64,000 nt of DNA from Thermoplasmatales archaeon (GCA_027310185.1 DAIDBH010000011.1:96001-160000), one strand, 5' to 3'; shown: positions 52,171 to 63,203, numbered from the stretch's first letter. A program made the numbers and translations. Notes: a model not told the origin generated them from the sequence alone.

Positions 52171-53103
52171 ATGCAGAAAATGAAGATTGGAAACAGCAAA
52201 CTCGAGGCAACAAGAGTGGGTCTTGGATGCTGGCAGGCCGGCCTGAGAGGATGGGGAGAAGATTATGGGGACAACGACGTAATAGACGCGATTAAATTCT
52301 ATGTTGAGAATGGTGGAAATTATCTCGATACTGCAGAGATCTATGGAATGGGCCATTCTGAGGAACTCATAAGACAGGCATTATCAGAGATTCCAAGAAA
52401 CAGGTATATAATTGCAACAAAAGTGAACCCGCCACATGTTAAGAATTATAAGACAATGGAAAGAAGCGTCAAGGGTAGCCTTGAAAGACTTGGTATTGAT
52501 AAGATCGATCTGTACCAGCTGCACTGGTACGAGCCATATGTTCCAGTTTCAGAGATCATGCACTCAATGGAGAGGCTGAAAAGTGAAGGAATGGTCGATC
52601 AGATAGGTGTCTGCAACCTTTCAAAGCCTGTTCTCAAGGATGCAGTGGATAGCATGAAGGATTATTCAATTGTGTCTAACCAGATGGAGTACAGCATTCT
52701 TGAAAGAAACATAGAAAGGGAGCTTGTACCATATATGAAAAAGGAAAATATCACCCTGATTCCATACAGCCCTCTCGCAAAAGGTCTGTTGACCGGTAAA
52801 TATAACAGTGGAGCCATACCACAGGATAATATCAGGAAGGGGGATGAGCTTTTCAACAACCCTGAAAACAGGAAGATTATGAAACCTGTACTGAATGAAC
52901 TGGGCAAATTGGCTGAAGAAAAGAAATGCTCAATGGCACAGCTATCCCTTGCCTATCTGCTTCACAAGAATTGCCTCATAATACCAGGGGCCAAGAACAG
53001 GACACAGGTAGAATCCAATATGGGTGCAGATTCAGTCAAGTTATCGAAGGAAGATATGGAGAGAATTGACAAGATATCAAGTGTGGAATTCATATACGCT
53101 TGA
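52171..53103 (+). CDS. Aldo/keto reductase
   Basis: LDTAEIYG, IATK, DLYQLHW, YSPLAKG and IPGAK. Confidence 0.92.
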   Translation: MQKMKIGNSKLEATRVGLGCWQAGLRGWGEDYGDNDVIDAIKFYVENGGNYLDTAEIYGMGHSEELIRQALSEIPRNRYIIATKVNPPHVKNYKTMERSVKGSLERLGIDKIDLYQLHWYEPYVPVSEIMHSMERLKSEGMVDQIGVCNLSKPVLKDAVDSMKDYSIVSNQMEYSILERNIERELVPYMKKENITLIPYSPLAKGLLTGKYNSGAIPQDNIRKGDELFNNPENRKIMKPVLNELGKLAEEKKCSMAQLSLAYLLHKNCLIIPGAKNRTQVESNMGADSVKLSKEDMERIDKISSVEFIYA

Positions 53104-53235
53104 ATTAAAATTCTTCTTAACATTTAATATAAAAGTAATACAAAAACTATCTTCCAATAGGTAGTTTCATTGTTGACATTCAAAAATAAAAATAAATGCT
53201 GTTTTTTTTCTAAAATATATAAATTAAAAATTTAT

Positions 53236-53760
53236 TTAATTGACTACCACACCGACATTAGGAGTGAACACTTTTGAGTTTATGTTCAAATCCTGTGTCA
53301 GGTTGAAGTCAATTACCATGTTTACATCTCCATGGGCGGCTACCTTGAATGGGTGGTTTATGAATGCAAAGGGAGCATTTAGAGTAAAGTTAATACTCAC
53401 GCCAAGTAGGTCAACTGATACGTTGGTTATATACAGTCTAATCATTGTATATGTGCCTGCTTTTAATGTAATATTTGTCAACAGTGATGCGTTTGTAGTT
53501 GTTAGTCCAAGTATGTCTATGGTCGTTGATTTTACACTGTAATTTGTCCATCCGGATACATTGCTATGCAATGAAACCTTGCTGAACGTTATGAACACAC
53601 CTGAAACACCTAGATTCGGTGCATCTGCCACTTTCATCGCGACGTGACCGTCATTGGCTGCTGCCTGTGAAGCCTGGTAATATACCAGTCCTGTCAGTCC
53701 AGCGGCTATGATTATCACAGCCACAATTGCTGCTATATATTTTCCTTTCATAATCATCAA
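53236..53760 (-). CDS. Membrane-anchored DUF4382-like protein
   Basis: TM anchor, VADAP, AGTYTMIRL and IDFNL. Confidence 0.7.
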   Translation of the reverse strand: MMIMKGKYIAAIVAVIIIAAGLTGLVYYQASQAAANDGHVAMKVADAPNLGVSGVFITFSKVSLHSNVSGWTNYSVKSTTIDILGLTTTNASLLTNITLKAGTYTMIRLYITNVSVDLLGVSINFTLNAPFAFINHPFKVAAHGDVNMVIDFNLTQDLNINSKVFTPNVGVVVN

Positions 53761-53987
53761 TCTATTTCATATTTAAAGGGGTTGTGGTACAATCTATAAA
53801 AGGTTTGCAAAAGTTGCAGCAGTCTTGTCAAAAGAAGGAAATTTATTTCTCCCTATTTCCTGCTCTCATTTCGGAATAGGATAAATGTTTCAGAAATTGG
53901 TACATTTGGACTTATAAATGACGACCAGTACATTCAGATCAAATGCAAATATCAATATGATTGGTTTCAATCAACCTGTACAGGTAA

Positions 53988-55451
53988 ATGCAGAGAATTT
54001 ATGACCCTATTGAGGAAAAGAAATCACTGGCAATCAGGTTGATTGAAAATGGTTATTTCAGTGATGCCATAAGAATAGTAGATGATGTTCTGAAGGTTGC
54101 ACCATCAGACCCTGACACAGTATACCTAAAATCTTTACTGCTATCCAGGACAGACAATAAGGAGGAAGCCCTCATCTGGGCTGAAAGGAGTGTTAAACTG
54201 AATCCTGAAAATTCAAATTCACTCCTTATAAAGGCAAAATTACTCCATAAATTCTCATTCTACGCTGGGTCTCTCCAGATACTCAAAGAGGTATACAGAA
54301 TTAACAGCAAGGACACTGAAGCCTTGGATCTGATGGCAGACATATTTATGAAAATGGGCAGGTTTAAGGATGCCTACAAAATTGCAATGAGATCAATTTC
54401 CATTTCACCATCCTCATGGAATGCTCACCTCTCTCTTTCACGATACTTCGAGCACGAAAAAATGGAAAAGCAGTCCCTAAAAGAACTGGAGATGGCAATC
54501 AGGTTCAACCCAGGCTCAAATGTTCTTAGGATGGAGAAGATAAGAAAGCTCTTGAAAGCGAAAAAAAGGGAAGAAGCTGGGAGGGAGATAAACAGGAAAG
54601 GATTTCTTGATATCAGGGGAACATTCATGGAAATCCTTGTAAAGATAGAATTTCTGAGGGAAAACAATTTCCTGGAGCAGGCTGAGGATTTATGCAAGAA
54701 TGCACTTATTGAATGGCCCGAAGAAGACCTTCTTTACTTTTCCATGGGAGAGATCAGCTATGATTCATCCAGGAAAGAAGAATCCGTTTCCTATTTCAGG
54801 AAAGCATTTTCGCTCGATCATAATGAATGGTACCTGAATAGATTGACAGTGGTACTTTATGAATTGGGTCAATACCAGGCAATAACCGAGCTCTATAATG
54901 ATGGGAAAATGATACCCCAGGATTCAATCCATCCAGTGCTGGAATCTTTCATAACAACTGGAAATCTGCCAGGCATGATCAGTATGATCAAGTCAAATAT
55001 TGCACAGATTGATGATGGGGACATTTCATTCATCATTGACAAATGTATAGAGAAAGATCTAGTCTATTTCATCTTTGATGCAGGTTTACTCTTCAGAGAA
55101 ACCCATATTTTCCCCTATTATGTAAAATATTTAGTGTCCAGAGTCATGAAAGGAAAAGATAGGGACAGTATCATAATTTCAGCTAATGAAAAAAGTGAAT
55201 TTCTATTCATGGTACTCAGGAAGTTAATGGGAGGGGACTTCGATTCTGTCGAGTCAGAAATGTATATTTTTTCACCGGAAAATGGTGACGGAGAAAAATG
55301 GATATCCATATTATTTTACTTCGCCAGAATGAATCAATATGGCACTGTGACCACCGAGTCAGAACTTCATGTCCTGACATTAAAGTATGGAACAGAATAC
55401 GTTTCAAGCGCAATAAGTCTACTGAGAAGTATTACCCGGGTGAGAGAATGA
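53988..55451 (+). CDS. Tetratricopeptide repeat protein
   Basis: Several 34-aa TPR units (e.g. AIRIVDDVLKVAPSDP, ERSVKLNPENS, AIRFNPGS). Confidence 0.82.
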   Translation: MQRIYDPIEEKKSLAIRLIENGYFSDAIRIVDDVLKVAPSDPDTVYLKSLLLSRTDNKEEALIWAERSVKLNPENSNSLLIKAKLLHKFSFYAGSLQILKEVYRINSKDTEALDLMADIFMKMGRFKDAYKIAMRSISISPSSWNAHLSLSRYFEHEKMEKQSLKELEMAIRFNPGSNVLRMEKIRKLLKAKKREEAGREINRKGFLDIRGTFMEILVKIEFLRENNFLEQAEDLCKNALIEWPEEDLLYFSMGEISYDSSRKEESVSYFRKAFSLDHNEWYLNRLTVVLYELGQYQAITELYNDGKMIPQDSIHPVLESFITTGNLPGMISMIKSNIAQIDDGDISFIIDKCIEKDLVYFIFDAGLLFRETHIFPYYVKYLVSRVMKGKDRDSIIISANEKSEFLFMVLRKLMGGDFDSVESEMYIFSPENGDGEKWISILFYFARMNQYGTVTTESELHVLTLKYGTEYVSSAISLLRSITRVRE

Positions 55452-55546
55452 TCATTATGTACATTACTTTTTCATTAATGCATTGTTAAGTGAAATTAAT
55501 TTACAAATATACAAATATCTATATAAAGAGTGGATATTATCAGATA

Positions 55547-55912
55547 ATGACTTCACAGGCAAATTTAAGATATCTCCTTACAACAATAGGTGCAGTTCTA
55601 TCGGTAATTTCAGGCATACTTGTATTGCTTGCCATCTTTATAGCAGGCATTGGTGGAGTAGCCTCCCTCATCTTCTTCAACCCTGCCGGGTTTGCCATTA
55701 TAGGTGGTTCAATTGTTCTTGCAATCGTACCTATTCTCTGGATAATACTTGCTATTGTTATTTATAATGCAGGACACAAGCACAGGAGAAGGGGCAAAGT
55801 GGAAAATGGCGTTCTCATTGTTGTGCTGAGCATAATAATACTCTTCCTTGGTGGTGGATTTGTAATTGGTCCAGTACTTTCAGGGATAGGAGGATTTCTG
55901 CTCATACTGTAG
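55547..55912 (+). CDS. Small membrane protein, paralog of 17663-18067
   Basis: ATG 55547 after a TATATAAA box; GGFVIGPVLSGIGG C-terminal motif. Confidence 0.7.
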   Translation: MTSQANLRYLLTTIGAVLSVISGILVLLAIFIAGIGGVASLIFFNPAGFAIIGGSIVLAIVPILWIILAIVIYNAGHKHRRRGKVENGVLIVVLSIIILFLGGGFVIGPVLSGIGGFLLIL

Positions 55913-56009
55913 TGTTAGAATATAGCACTTCAATCAGGTTTCCTGCAGGGTTTCTCATAAAGCTGGAGCAACGTTATTGTTCTCCAAAATTTAAATATTA
56001 TAGGGGCAT

Positions 56010-57971
56010 GTGCCAAAAGGAACTAAAATTATGCAATATTTCAGGAGAGCAGGATCAGGCATCAAGTCCCGTCTCTACAGATTGGAAACCTATGAATTCT
56101 TCGTTATATGTGCAATTATAGTGTATACATTCTTCTGGTCAATGATTGATATTCTTCAACAGCTCAATCTTCAGCAATACGTGTTTGATTCCGGGATTAT
56201 TTCTCTCACCATGAATTCAATCATTCATTTTCATTATGCACAGTACATCCTTTACATGACCGGGTTTTCACTTCTCAGAATAATCTTCAGCCCGCTTATA
56301 CTGATCGATGGAATAACAGGCATGCTCATAATCCAGGAGATATTCCTGGCTCTCCCAGCCATAATTTTGTATAAGATTGCCAGAAGAAAATCAATAAACC
56401 AGTTTGCGTCCATGATAATAGGCATTTCATATCTGCTGTATTTTCCACTGGCAGGCCTGAACTATTTCAGTTTCCATTTCCAGTCATTTTTCATTCTTTT
56501 CTTTCTTGTGGGATATTACCAGCTTCTGAATGGTAAATATGTATCATCGTCCATCTTCCTCTTTTTATCAGGAATTGTAAGATTTCCATACATGTTCTTT
56601 CCAGCACTTCTCATGTTCATGATACTGATTGAAGCATACATGGATCGCAGGAAGACGATAAAAAGGAAGATGGATTCTATTGTTAAATATTCTCTCGTGA
56701 GTCTAGTAATCTTCACCTCAATGCTGGTAGTTTCATATTTCCTGATATTTTATTCACCATATTACTTATACCAGAATGGGTATTTCGACGGATATTTCCA
56801 TCTCAAGAGTGGAAGCATCCTAGGTCTTCTATTGACAAATATAGATGATAAAGTTCTTCTTGCAGTCCTTATCTTTTCACCTCTTCTTCTCATACCTTTG
56901 AGATCACTGAAGTGGATGATATTTACGCTCCCCTTCTTTTATATTGCATTCTTCAACAATTACAGCGTTTACTATTATCCTTCATTTTTTCATTTCCAGT
57001 ACGTGGCTGCAATAGCTCCATTCATATTTCTTGGACTTATTGATGGCCTCAGGAAGGAACTTCCTCCTGATGACAGGGAAAAACAGGACAGGCAAAAGGC
57101 ATACATTTCTCTCAGGAGGCTGAAGAATACTATCAGATCACAGAAGAAGCCCATAGCCGTGATGGCAGCGGTAATCATGTTTGCAGTTGTGTTCCAGCCA
57201 TACAGTCCAATAAATGCATACTCAACCAGACCTTTCGAGATGGATATTCTGCATCCGAACCTGAAGGTTTATAATGACTATATCAACATAACTGACCTGA
57301 TCCCGCAAAATAATTCTTACGTTCTTTATCAGAATAACATGCCCTATATGGACATCCATGATCCGTCACTTTCATGCCTGGAGGCATTTCAATCTCTAAC
57401 CGGATACAACAACAATCTGAGCTACAGGCTTCAGAATCTCACGCAAACAGAAAACGTGGATTATGCCATGGGATACGATGTAAACTGTTTCAATACAGGT
57501 AGTAGTCTGGACATGTGCCAGGCCATGAATATACTCTATGCAAGGGGAAATTATGGGATCGAAGCATTTCAGGATGGGTTCATATTGCTTGCCAAGAACT
57601 ACAACAGGATGCCTGTTTATTTCACACCCATATCATTATTTGAGAACTGCACAGTTCTATCGCACAATGAAAAGAAATCAATGATGACATTTTCCACACA
57701 AATAATGATTCCTGGCATTTACTCATTGAACATAACTTTTCCCGAGGGCACGAATTCATCAAGCGTTCATGACATGAATATCACCGCAAAATCTGTTTCT
57801 GTCATTTCTAATGTTACATATTCAAGAACTACCATATCAAACAGGATTTCTGTACTGCATCTGCAATTCAAGTTCAATTCATTTATGAGTAACCCGGTAA
57901 TAGAAATATCATTCCCTGAATCCGATTATAACAAAACAATGTATGTTTCTCTGAATGGGCCTTTTCCATAA
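56010..57971 (+). CDS. DUF2079-like membrane protein (putative GT-C glycosyltransferase)
   Basis: FDSGI after TM1, NYFSFHF and FHFQY; multi-TM with extracellular C-domain. Start may be ATG 56031. Confidence 0.72.
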   Translation: MPKGTKIMQYFRRAGSGIKSRLYRLETYEFFVICAIIVYTFFWSMIDILQQLNLQQYVFDSGIISLTMNSIIHFHYAQYILYMTGFSLLRIIFSPLILIDGITGMLIIQEIFLALPAIILYKIARRKSINQFASMIIGISYLLYFPLAGLNYFSFHFQSFFILFFLVGYYQLLNGKYVSSSIFLFLSGIVRFPYMFFPALLMFMILIEAYMDRRKTIKRKMDSIVKYSLVSLVIFTSMLVVSYFLIFYSPYYLYQNGYFDGYFHLKSGSILGLLLTNIDDKVLLAVLIFSPLLLIPLRSLKWMIFTLPFFYIAFFNNYSVYYYPSFFHFQYVAAIAPFIFLGLIDGLRKELPPDDREKQDRQKAYISLRRLKNTIRSQKKPIAVMAAVIMFAVVFQPYSPINAYSTRPFEMDILHPNLKVYNDYINITDLIPQNNSYVLYQNNMPYMDIHDPSLSCLEAFQSLTGYNNNLSYRLQNLTQTENVDYAMGYDVNCFNTGSSLDMCQAMNILYARGNYGIEAFQDGFILLAKNYNRMPVYFTPISLFENCTVLSHNEKKSMMTFSTQIMIPGIYSLNITFPEGTNSSSVHDMNITAKSVSVISNVTYSRTTISNRISVLHLQFKFNSFMSNPVIEISFPESDYNKTMYVSLNGPFP

Positions 57972-58090
57972 TTTAGCACCTTGAAAATAATATTACCTGT
58001 TTTTCAGCTTTTCATATTATATTTAAGCTTTTCATGCTAAAATTATATCTAAAAAAATTTTAAATACTATAATTAGAATATATAGTAATT

Positions 58091-59104
58091 ATGAACAAAT
58101 ATAATAAATTACTAACTATTATTCTGTTTGTCGTAGTGAGTATTATGGTACTGTCAATGCTAAATGTTGCTAATGGACAGGGTACCAGTGGCAAGAATGG
58201 AAATTACAATCCATTCTCCGATGGAACATCCACAATCACTCTGGGTAAAAGTACTGTGTCAGTAACTCCAGGTACATCGGTTACAGATTCATATACAGTT
58301 AATCTTGCATCTGGAAGTACATGGGGTACGAGTCTCTCATCCAATTCCCTGTCTGGATTCACCATAAGCTTCAGCAATAGCAATAGTGACCCACCGTATA
58401 CAGGAACAATGACTGTCTCAGTGGCATCATCGGTGGGTGATGGCACATATCATGTATATGTAAATGCCACGGGTGATGATCCTTCCAGCTCCCCCGCTGT
58501 GCTTTCAGTATCTGTTACCGGACATGCTTCCAGCACAACGCCACCTCCGGTTACTCCTTCAAAGTCATTCACAGCTCTTTACGGAACAGACATAGCAGGC
58601 ACCTCGGTGATAATCCTGTTCCTTCTGGCAGCACTTGTACCAATGGCTCTGAGAAGGAAAAACCTCAAGGTTCTGGGATACGTTTCATTCATCGTTTCCA
58701 TGGGTTCTGCAATATTCCTGATCACAGATGATAGCCTGCTTAGAACATCAGGATACCTTCACTGGATCCTTCTCATAATCTTCACTGCAGGCATGATCGT
58801 TTCAATGCTTGGCTTCCTGCTTACAAAGGATAAGCTGAAAGAAACAGCCAGGATGGGTCTTGCCTATGGGTCAATCTTCATGTCCATCGCAATGATACTT
58901 GACGCAGCCCTTGGACTTCCTCTCTCTTCCATAGCCAATGTGGGAGGACCTCTTGGTTTCAACTATCTCTTCGGTTTTGGCATAACATCCCCCTCAACTG
59001 TAGCTGTGAGCCTGGCATTTTCAATCCTTCTCATATTCAATGGACTCCTCTTCTCCTCTTTCTTCTGGACACATGAAAATAAAGCTAGACAAAATGTAAA
59101 GTAA
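58091..59104 (+). CDS. Hypothetical protein: signal peptide, Ser/Thr-rich beta domain, Pro linker, multi-TM C-terminus
   Basis: Composition and hydropathy pattern. Confidence 0.7.
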   Translation: MNKYNKLLTIILFVVVSIMVLSMLNVANGQGTSGKNGNYNPFSDGTSTITLGKSTVSVTPGTSVTDSYTVNLASGSTWGTSLSSNSLSGFTISFSNSNSDPPYTGTMTVSVASSVGDGTYHVYVNATGDDPSSSPAVLSVSVTGHASSTTPPPVTPSKSFTALYGTDIAGTSVIILFLLAALVPMALRRKNLKVLGYVSFIVSMGSAIFLITDDSLLRTSGYLHWILLIIFTAGMIVSMLGFLLTKDKLKETARMGLAYGSIFMSIAMILDAALGLPLSSIANVGGPLGFNYLFGFGITSPSTVAVSLAFSILLIFNGLLFSSFFWTHENKARQNVK

Positions 59105-59140
59105 GTTCTATCATTTTTAAAAAACTAGAACTTCTTTTTC
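59103..59140 (+). terminator. Hairpin plus T-tract terminator
   Basis: AAGTTCTA...TAGAACTT inverted repeat followed by CTTTTTC right after the stop. Confidence 0.4.
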
Positions 59141-59421
59141 GTAAATTTTTGAAGTGTAAAGATTTAATTTATCATTCAAATATTAAGTTTTAAACAGGTT
59201 AAAAAATAAGTAATTTTCATATATATTCTATATTTCTCACATAAAATCATGTCCTAGCTATCAGGCTAACCCAACTCAAAATTAAATTTAACACTCTTTG
59301 GGGGTTAGAAAATGCCAATAGCAATTATTCTATTTAAATGTAGATACTTAAAAAATGAAATTAATAACTTAAAAAAGGCTATAAAAATCTTATTATTATG
59401 AGAATGTATTTCTCTGGGTAA

Positions 59422-60741
59422 ATGAAAAATTATAACGTGGCAATTGTGGGAGCTGGAGTAATAGGCTCTAGTCTAGCTTATATTCTAGCAACTTTTTATA
59501 ACTTAAAAACAGTATTAATAGAAATGGAATCAAAGCCTGCAGTTCACACAAGCTCAAGAAATACAGGTGTAATTCATCGCCCATTTTATCTCCATCCAGA
59601 AAAAAAGTTTATTTTCGCAAAATCCAGTCAATATTCTTATGTGATGTGGAAAGAACTAGCACTCAAATATAATCTTCCATGGAAGGAGAATGGAACTATC
59701 GAAGTTGCTACTAGTGATAAAGATAAAGATACAATAGAAAATTATAGAATATATTCAGAAAAGAATGGTATAAAAGATAGTGAATTCGAAATTCTAGATA
59801 AAGAAAGGATTAATGAATTAGAGCCAAAAGTAAAATCTGAAGCAGCTTTCTACAGCAAAACTGATACAAATGTGTCATTTGGAGCTTTTACGAGGAAATT
59901 AGTTGAACTTGGAGAAAATTCGGGATTGACGACACAATTAAACAGTAAAGTTATTTCTCTTGATGATTCAAATGGAACTCTTAGGATAAAGCATAATGAG
60001 ATGGAAAAGACCATATTGGCTGACTTGATCATCAACGTTTCTGGTGGTGGATCGTTATGGTTGGCCAGGAGTATTGGATTAGCAAGAAATTATTCAGTAC
60101 TCCATTTCAGAGGAGATTACTGGAAATTAAGGAATGACAACAATCTTGGTATATCACATAATATATATTCGGTACCTCAACACTTGAAATACCCGTTTTT
60201 AGACCCACACTTTATAGTGAGACCAGATGGAACTAATGAAATTGGTCCAAATGCACATCTTGTTAATTCTCCCTATGGTTACAGGAAAGATGATCAGAAT
60301 AGGAGGTCAGGATATGGGGATCTTCTCTCATTACCAGTGTTCCCAAAAATCAAGCTGTTTACGGACATCGAATTCATAAGTATGGTTAGAAAAGAGTGGA
60401 AATCATCAACATTCAGAGGAGAAATGGTTAATAGAATTAGAAAATTCATTCCTGATATTGATGAAAACATGATTACTGGTAGTGGATTATCTGGAGTCAG
60501 ACATAGCCTTATTGATAAACATGGATTTGTTCCTGAAGTTGTTATTGAAAATGGTCAACACAGTATCCACGTTTTGAATTTTAATTCTCCTGGTGCAACA
60601 GGTTCTCCTGCTTTCTCATGTTATCTTATAAATGAAATGATCAAAAAAGGTTTGATGGAACAAACTTCAATTGAAACAGAATCAAAGGAAGAACTTATCT
60701 GGGGAAATGAAATAAAAAAAGTTATAAATGTCTTTTCTTAA
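59422..60741 (+). CDS. FAD-dependent oxidoreductase (L-2-hydroxyglutarate oxidase-like)
   Basis: GAGVIG, HTSSRNTGVIH, FRGDY, PFLDPHF, GPNA and SPGAT. Confidence 0.85.
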   Translation: MKNYNVAIVGAGVIGSSLAYILATFYNLKTVLIEMESKPAVHTSSRNTGVIHRPFYLHPEKKFIFAKSSQYSYVMWKELALKYNLPWKENGTIEVATSDKDKDTIENYRIYSEKNGIKDSEFEILDKERINELEPKVKSEAAFYSKTDTNVSFGAFTRKLVELGENSGLTTQLNSKVISLDDSNGTLRIKHNEMEKTILADLIINVSGGGSLWLARSIGLARNYSVLHFRGDYWKLRNDNNLGISHNIYSVPQHLKYPFLDPHFIVRPDGTNEIGPNAHLVNSPYGYRKDDQNRRSGYGDLLSLPVFPKIKLFTDIEFISMVRKEWKSSTFRGEMVNRIRKFIPDIDENMITGSGLSGVRHSLIDKHGFVPEVVIENGQHSIHVLNFNSPGATGSPAFSCYLINEMIKKGLMEQTSIETESKEELIWGNEIKKVINVFS

Positions 60742-60745
60742 AAAA

Positions 60746-61771
60746 TTATAGTAAAAGATCTGTCAGGTTCATTCCATATTTTAACATATTTGACTGGGAG
60801 TCTAGTAATTTCTTATAATGATTAACAGTATGCATCTGAGGCTCATCTTTCAACTCACCACTTTTAATTTTTTCAAGTATTTCCTTTATGCCATCCTCAA
60901 CACTTATTTCAGCCTTAAACTTAATTTGCTCAAGTGATTTCTTGAATGAAACTTTGTATGATCTTACATCAGGATCGCCATACCATTCAATATCAGATTT
61001 TATACCGACATTCTTCTTTACCATATTCGCTAGGTCTTTGAGTTGAATGTTCAACTCATCTGCCCCTATGTTAAAAGTCTCTCCCCACACGGCATCTCTA
61101 TTCTCTTCAAGTACGCGGACAATTGCCCTTGAGATATCTTTTATATGCACAAAAGGTCTGTACTGCGTCCCATCTCTCATTAACTTTACCTTGCCTTCGT
61201 GAAACGCGTTAAAGGTCATTGCATTAATTGCAATATCTAGCCTCATTTTCTTTGAATAACCAAAAGCCGTAGAAAGTCTCAAGGCCGTCGGGCTGAAAGT
61301 CTTGTCTTTCAGGAATAGGTTATCATTTTCTACTGCTATGTTTGCCTGTGCATAAGTTGTTAGGGGGTTGGGTAAAGTGTTTTCATTTGCCACTTCCTTT
61401 AAGAACCCATAAACGCTGCATGAGGATGTCAGAACATATTTTTCTATACCTAACTTCTTCGCCATCCTTGCAACTCTTACTCTCCCTAAATAATTTATGT
61501 CCCATGTTTTTAATGGGTCAAGATCACCACTTGGATCGTTAGACATCGCAGCAAGATCAATAACTGCATCATTTCCTCTGAGCAAATTTGAATCAAAGTA
61601 TCTTATATCTCCCTTTATTAACTTGCAGCCGATTTCCCTATATTCTTTCTCTACGTCGTCATAATTCAGAAACATTCTGTCTATTGCTGTCACATCATAA
61701 CCACGCTCTATTAACATTGGTACTAAAACTCTTCCAATATACCCTGTTCCACCAGTAACAAAAACTTTCAT
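60746..61771 (-). CDS. NAD-dependent sugar epimerase/dehydratase (extended SDR)
   Basis: TGGTGYIG, LAAMSNDP, SSCSVYG and RPFVHIKD. Confidence 0.88.
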   Translation of the reverse strand: MKVFVTGGTGYIGRVLVPMLIERGYDVTAIDRMFLNYDDVEKEYREIGCKLIKGDIRYFDSNLLRGNDAVIDLAAMSNDPSGDLDPLKTWDINYLGRVRVARMAKKLGIEKYVLTSSCSVYGFLKEVANENTLPNPLTTYAQANIAVENDNLFLKDKTFSPTALRLSTAFGYSKKMRLDIAINAMTFNAFHEGKVKLMRDGTQYRPFVHIKDISRAIVRVLEENRDAVWGETFNIGADELNIQLKDLANMVKKNVGIKSDIEWYGDPDVRSYKVSFKKSLEQIKFKAEISVEDGIKEILEKIKSGELKDEPQMHTVNHYKKLLDSQSNMLKYGMNLTDLLL

Positions 61772-62331
61772 GCTGTTTCACCATAAATATATTTAGTTTT
61801 ACTTTCAGTCAAGATTGGCCATTTTTTATCCTTTTCTGATATTACCTTTTCAATATCAGGCCATTTGATATCAATAGTTTTATCATTCCAGATCACCCCT
61901 GCTTCTGAGCTTTGATTATATTCGGATGTTGCCTTGTAAAGAACCAAAGAATCCTCTAATGCAAGAAACCCGTGAGCAAATCCTTCTGGAACCCACAAAA
62001 TCTTGAAATTCTTCTCTGTAAGTTCTTCCATCACATAATTACCGAAAGTGGGAGAACCTTTTCTTACATCCACGGCTACATCCAGAATCTTTCCTTTTAA
62101 TACTCTTACGAGTTTTCCCTGTGAATAAGGAGGGTTTTGAAAATGTAGACCTCTTAGAGTTCCCTTTACAGAAAATGAATGGTTGTCCTGTTTGAATTCT
62201 CTATTTATTCCGGCCTTTTCAAAATCTGATTTCTTGAATGATTCTAGAAAATAACCCCTATCATCAGGAAAAGCTTTTGGAATAATGACCTTAACTTCCT
62301 TAATATTAGTATCTTTAAATTCAAATGGCAT
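61768..62331 (-). CDS. rfbC: dTDP-4-dehydrorhamnose 3,5-epimerase
   Basis: DDRGYF, QDNHSFS, LRGLHFQ and GFAHGF. Confidence 0.94.
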   Translation of the reverse strand: MPFEFKDTNIKEVKVIIPKAFPDDRGYFLESFKKSDFEKAGINREFKQDNHSFSVKGTLRGLHFQNPPYSQGKLVRVLKGKILDVAVDVRKGSPTFGNYVMEELTEKNFKILWVPEGFAHGFLALEDSLVLYKATSEYNQSSEAGVIWNDKTIDIKWPDIEKVISEKDKKWPILTESKTKYIYGETA

Positions 62332-62357
62332 GCACCAATATTTCTAATCCCTATATA

Positions 62358-63203
62358 TCATTTGTTTTCCTTTACTGTACTGTCAAATTGATTAAAATTG
62401 GATTCTTGTGAATAGAAATCTGTTTTTATGATCTTTTTCGCCTGTGATATGTCGAGAGAAGAATCAAAAGGTCTCCTGGCTATCATACTATTTATGTTTG
62501 AAACTTCCTCTATATTACCTTTTAAGTTGAAGAATTTCGATATTTGCACCGCTAGATCATATCTAGAAATCCTTTCTCCTGCAATATTTATAATTCCTTC
62601 ATAATCTATTGCTATAAGTTCTGCTATAGATTTTGCTAGATTGGCTGAGTGTATAGGTGAATAATAACCAGATATTGCCTTTACTGGTTGTCCGTTTTTG
62701 AGCGCATTATAAACAAATTTTGGGTAATTATTTGAATATCCATAAACACCAGAAGTTCTTACTATAATTGAATTCTCAGTCATTTGAGCGAAATTATCTC
62801 CAATTAGTTTGGAAAGTCCATAATAGTTGATTGGGTAAGGTAGTGAATCTTCATTGTAGTGACCAGTTTCTCCATCAAAAACATAATCTGTTGATACCTG
62901 AATTAACTTACTTCCCTGATTGATACAATATTGAGAAAGAAATTTTACAGATTTGCTATTAATTAAATACGCAATTTCCGGCTCCTTTTCACACAGATCA
63001 ACGTTTGTTAAAGCCACCGCATTAATAATTACATCCGGTTTATGCTCTCTAACGATTCTCTTTACTTCATCAGGGTTTGTAAATTCGACTCCATTCTCTG
63101 AATTATCTTTTTTATGTGAAAAAAGAATTGCGTCTTTGTAAATTTTTGACAACTCCCTTCCCAACTGGCCGTTTGAACCAAAAATCATTATCTTCTTTTG
63201 CAT
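62358..63203 (-). CDS. rfbD: dTDP-4-dehydrorhamnose reductase family
   Basis: GSNGQLG, TNVDLCE, STDYVFDG and YGLSK. Confidence 0.9.
   Translation of the reverse strand: MQKKIMIFGSNGQLGRELSKIYKDAILFSHKKDNSENGVEFTNPDEVKRIVREHKPDVIINAVALTNVDLCEKEPEIAYLINSKSVKFLSQYCINQGSKLIQVSTDYVFDGETGHYNEDSLPYPINYYGLSKLIGDNFAQMTENSIIVRTSGVYGYSNNYPKFVYNALKNGQPVKAISGYYSPIHSANLAKSIAELIAIDYEGIINIAGERISRYDLAVQISKFFNLKGNIEEVSNINSMIARRPFDSSLDISQAKKIIKTDFYSQESNFNQFDSTVKENK

Noticed and set aside
55502-55517. TACAAATA tandem repeat upstream of a TATA box
   Set aside because: Too short and AT-rich to separate from chance.
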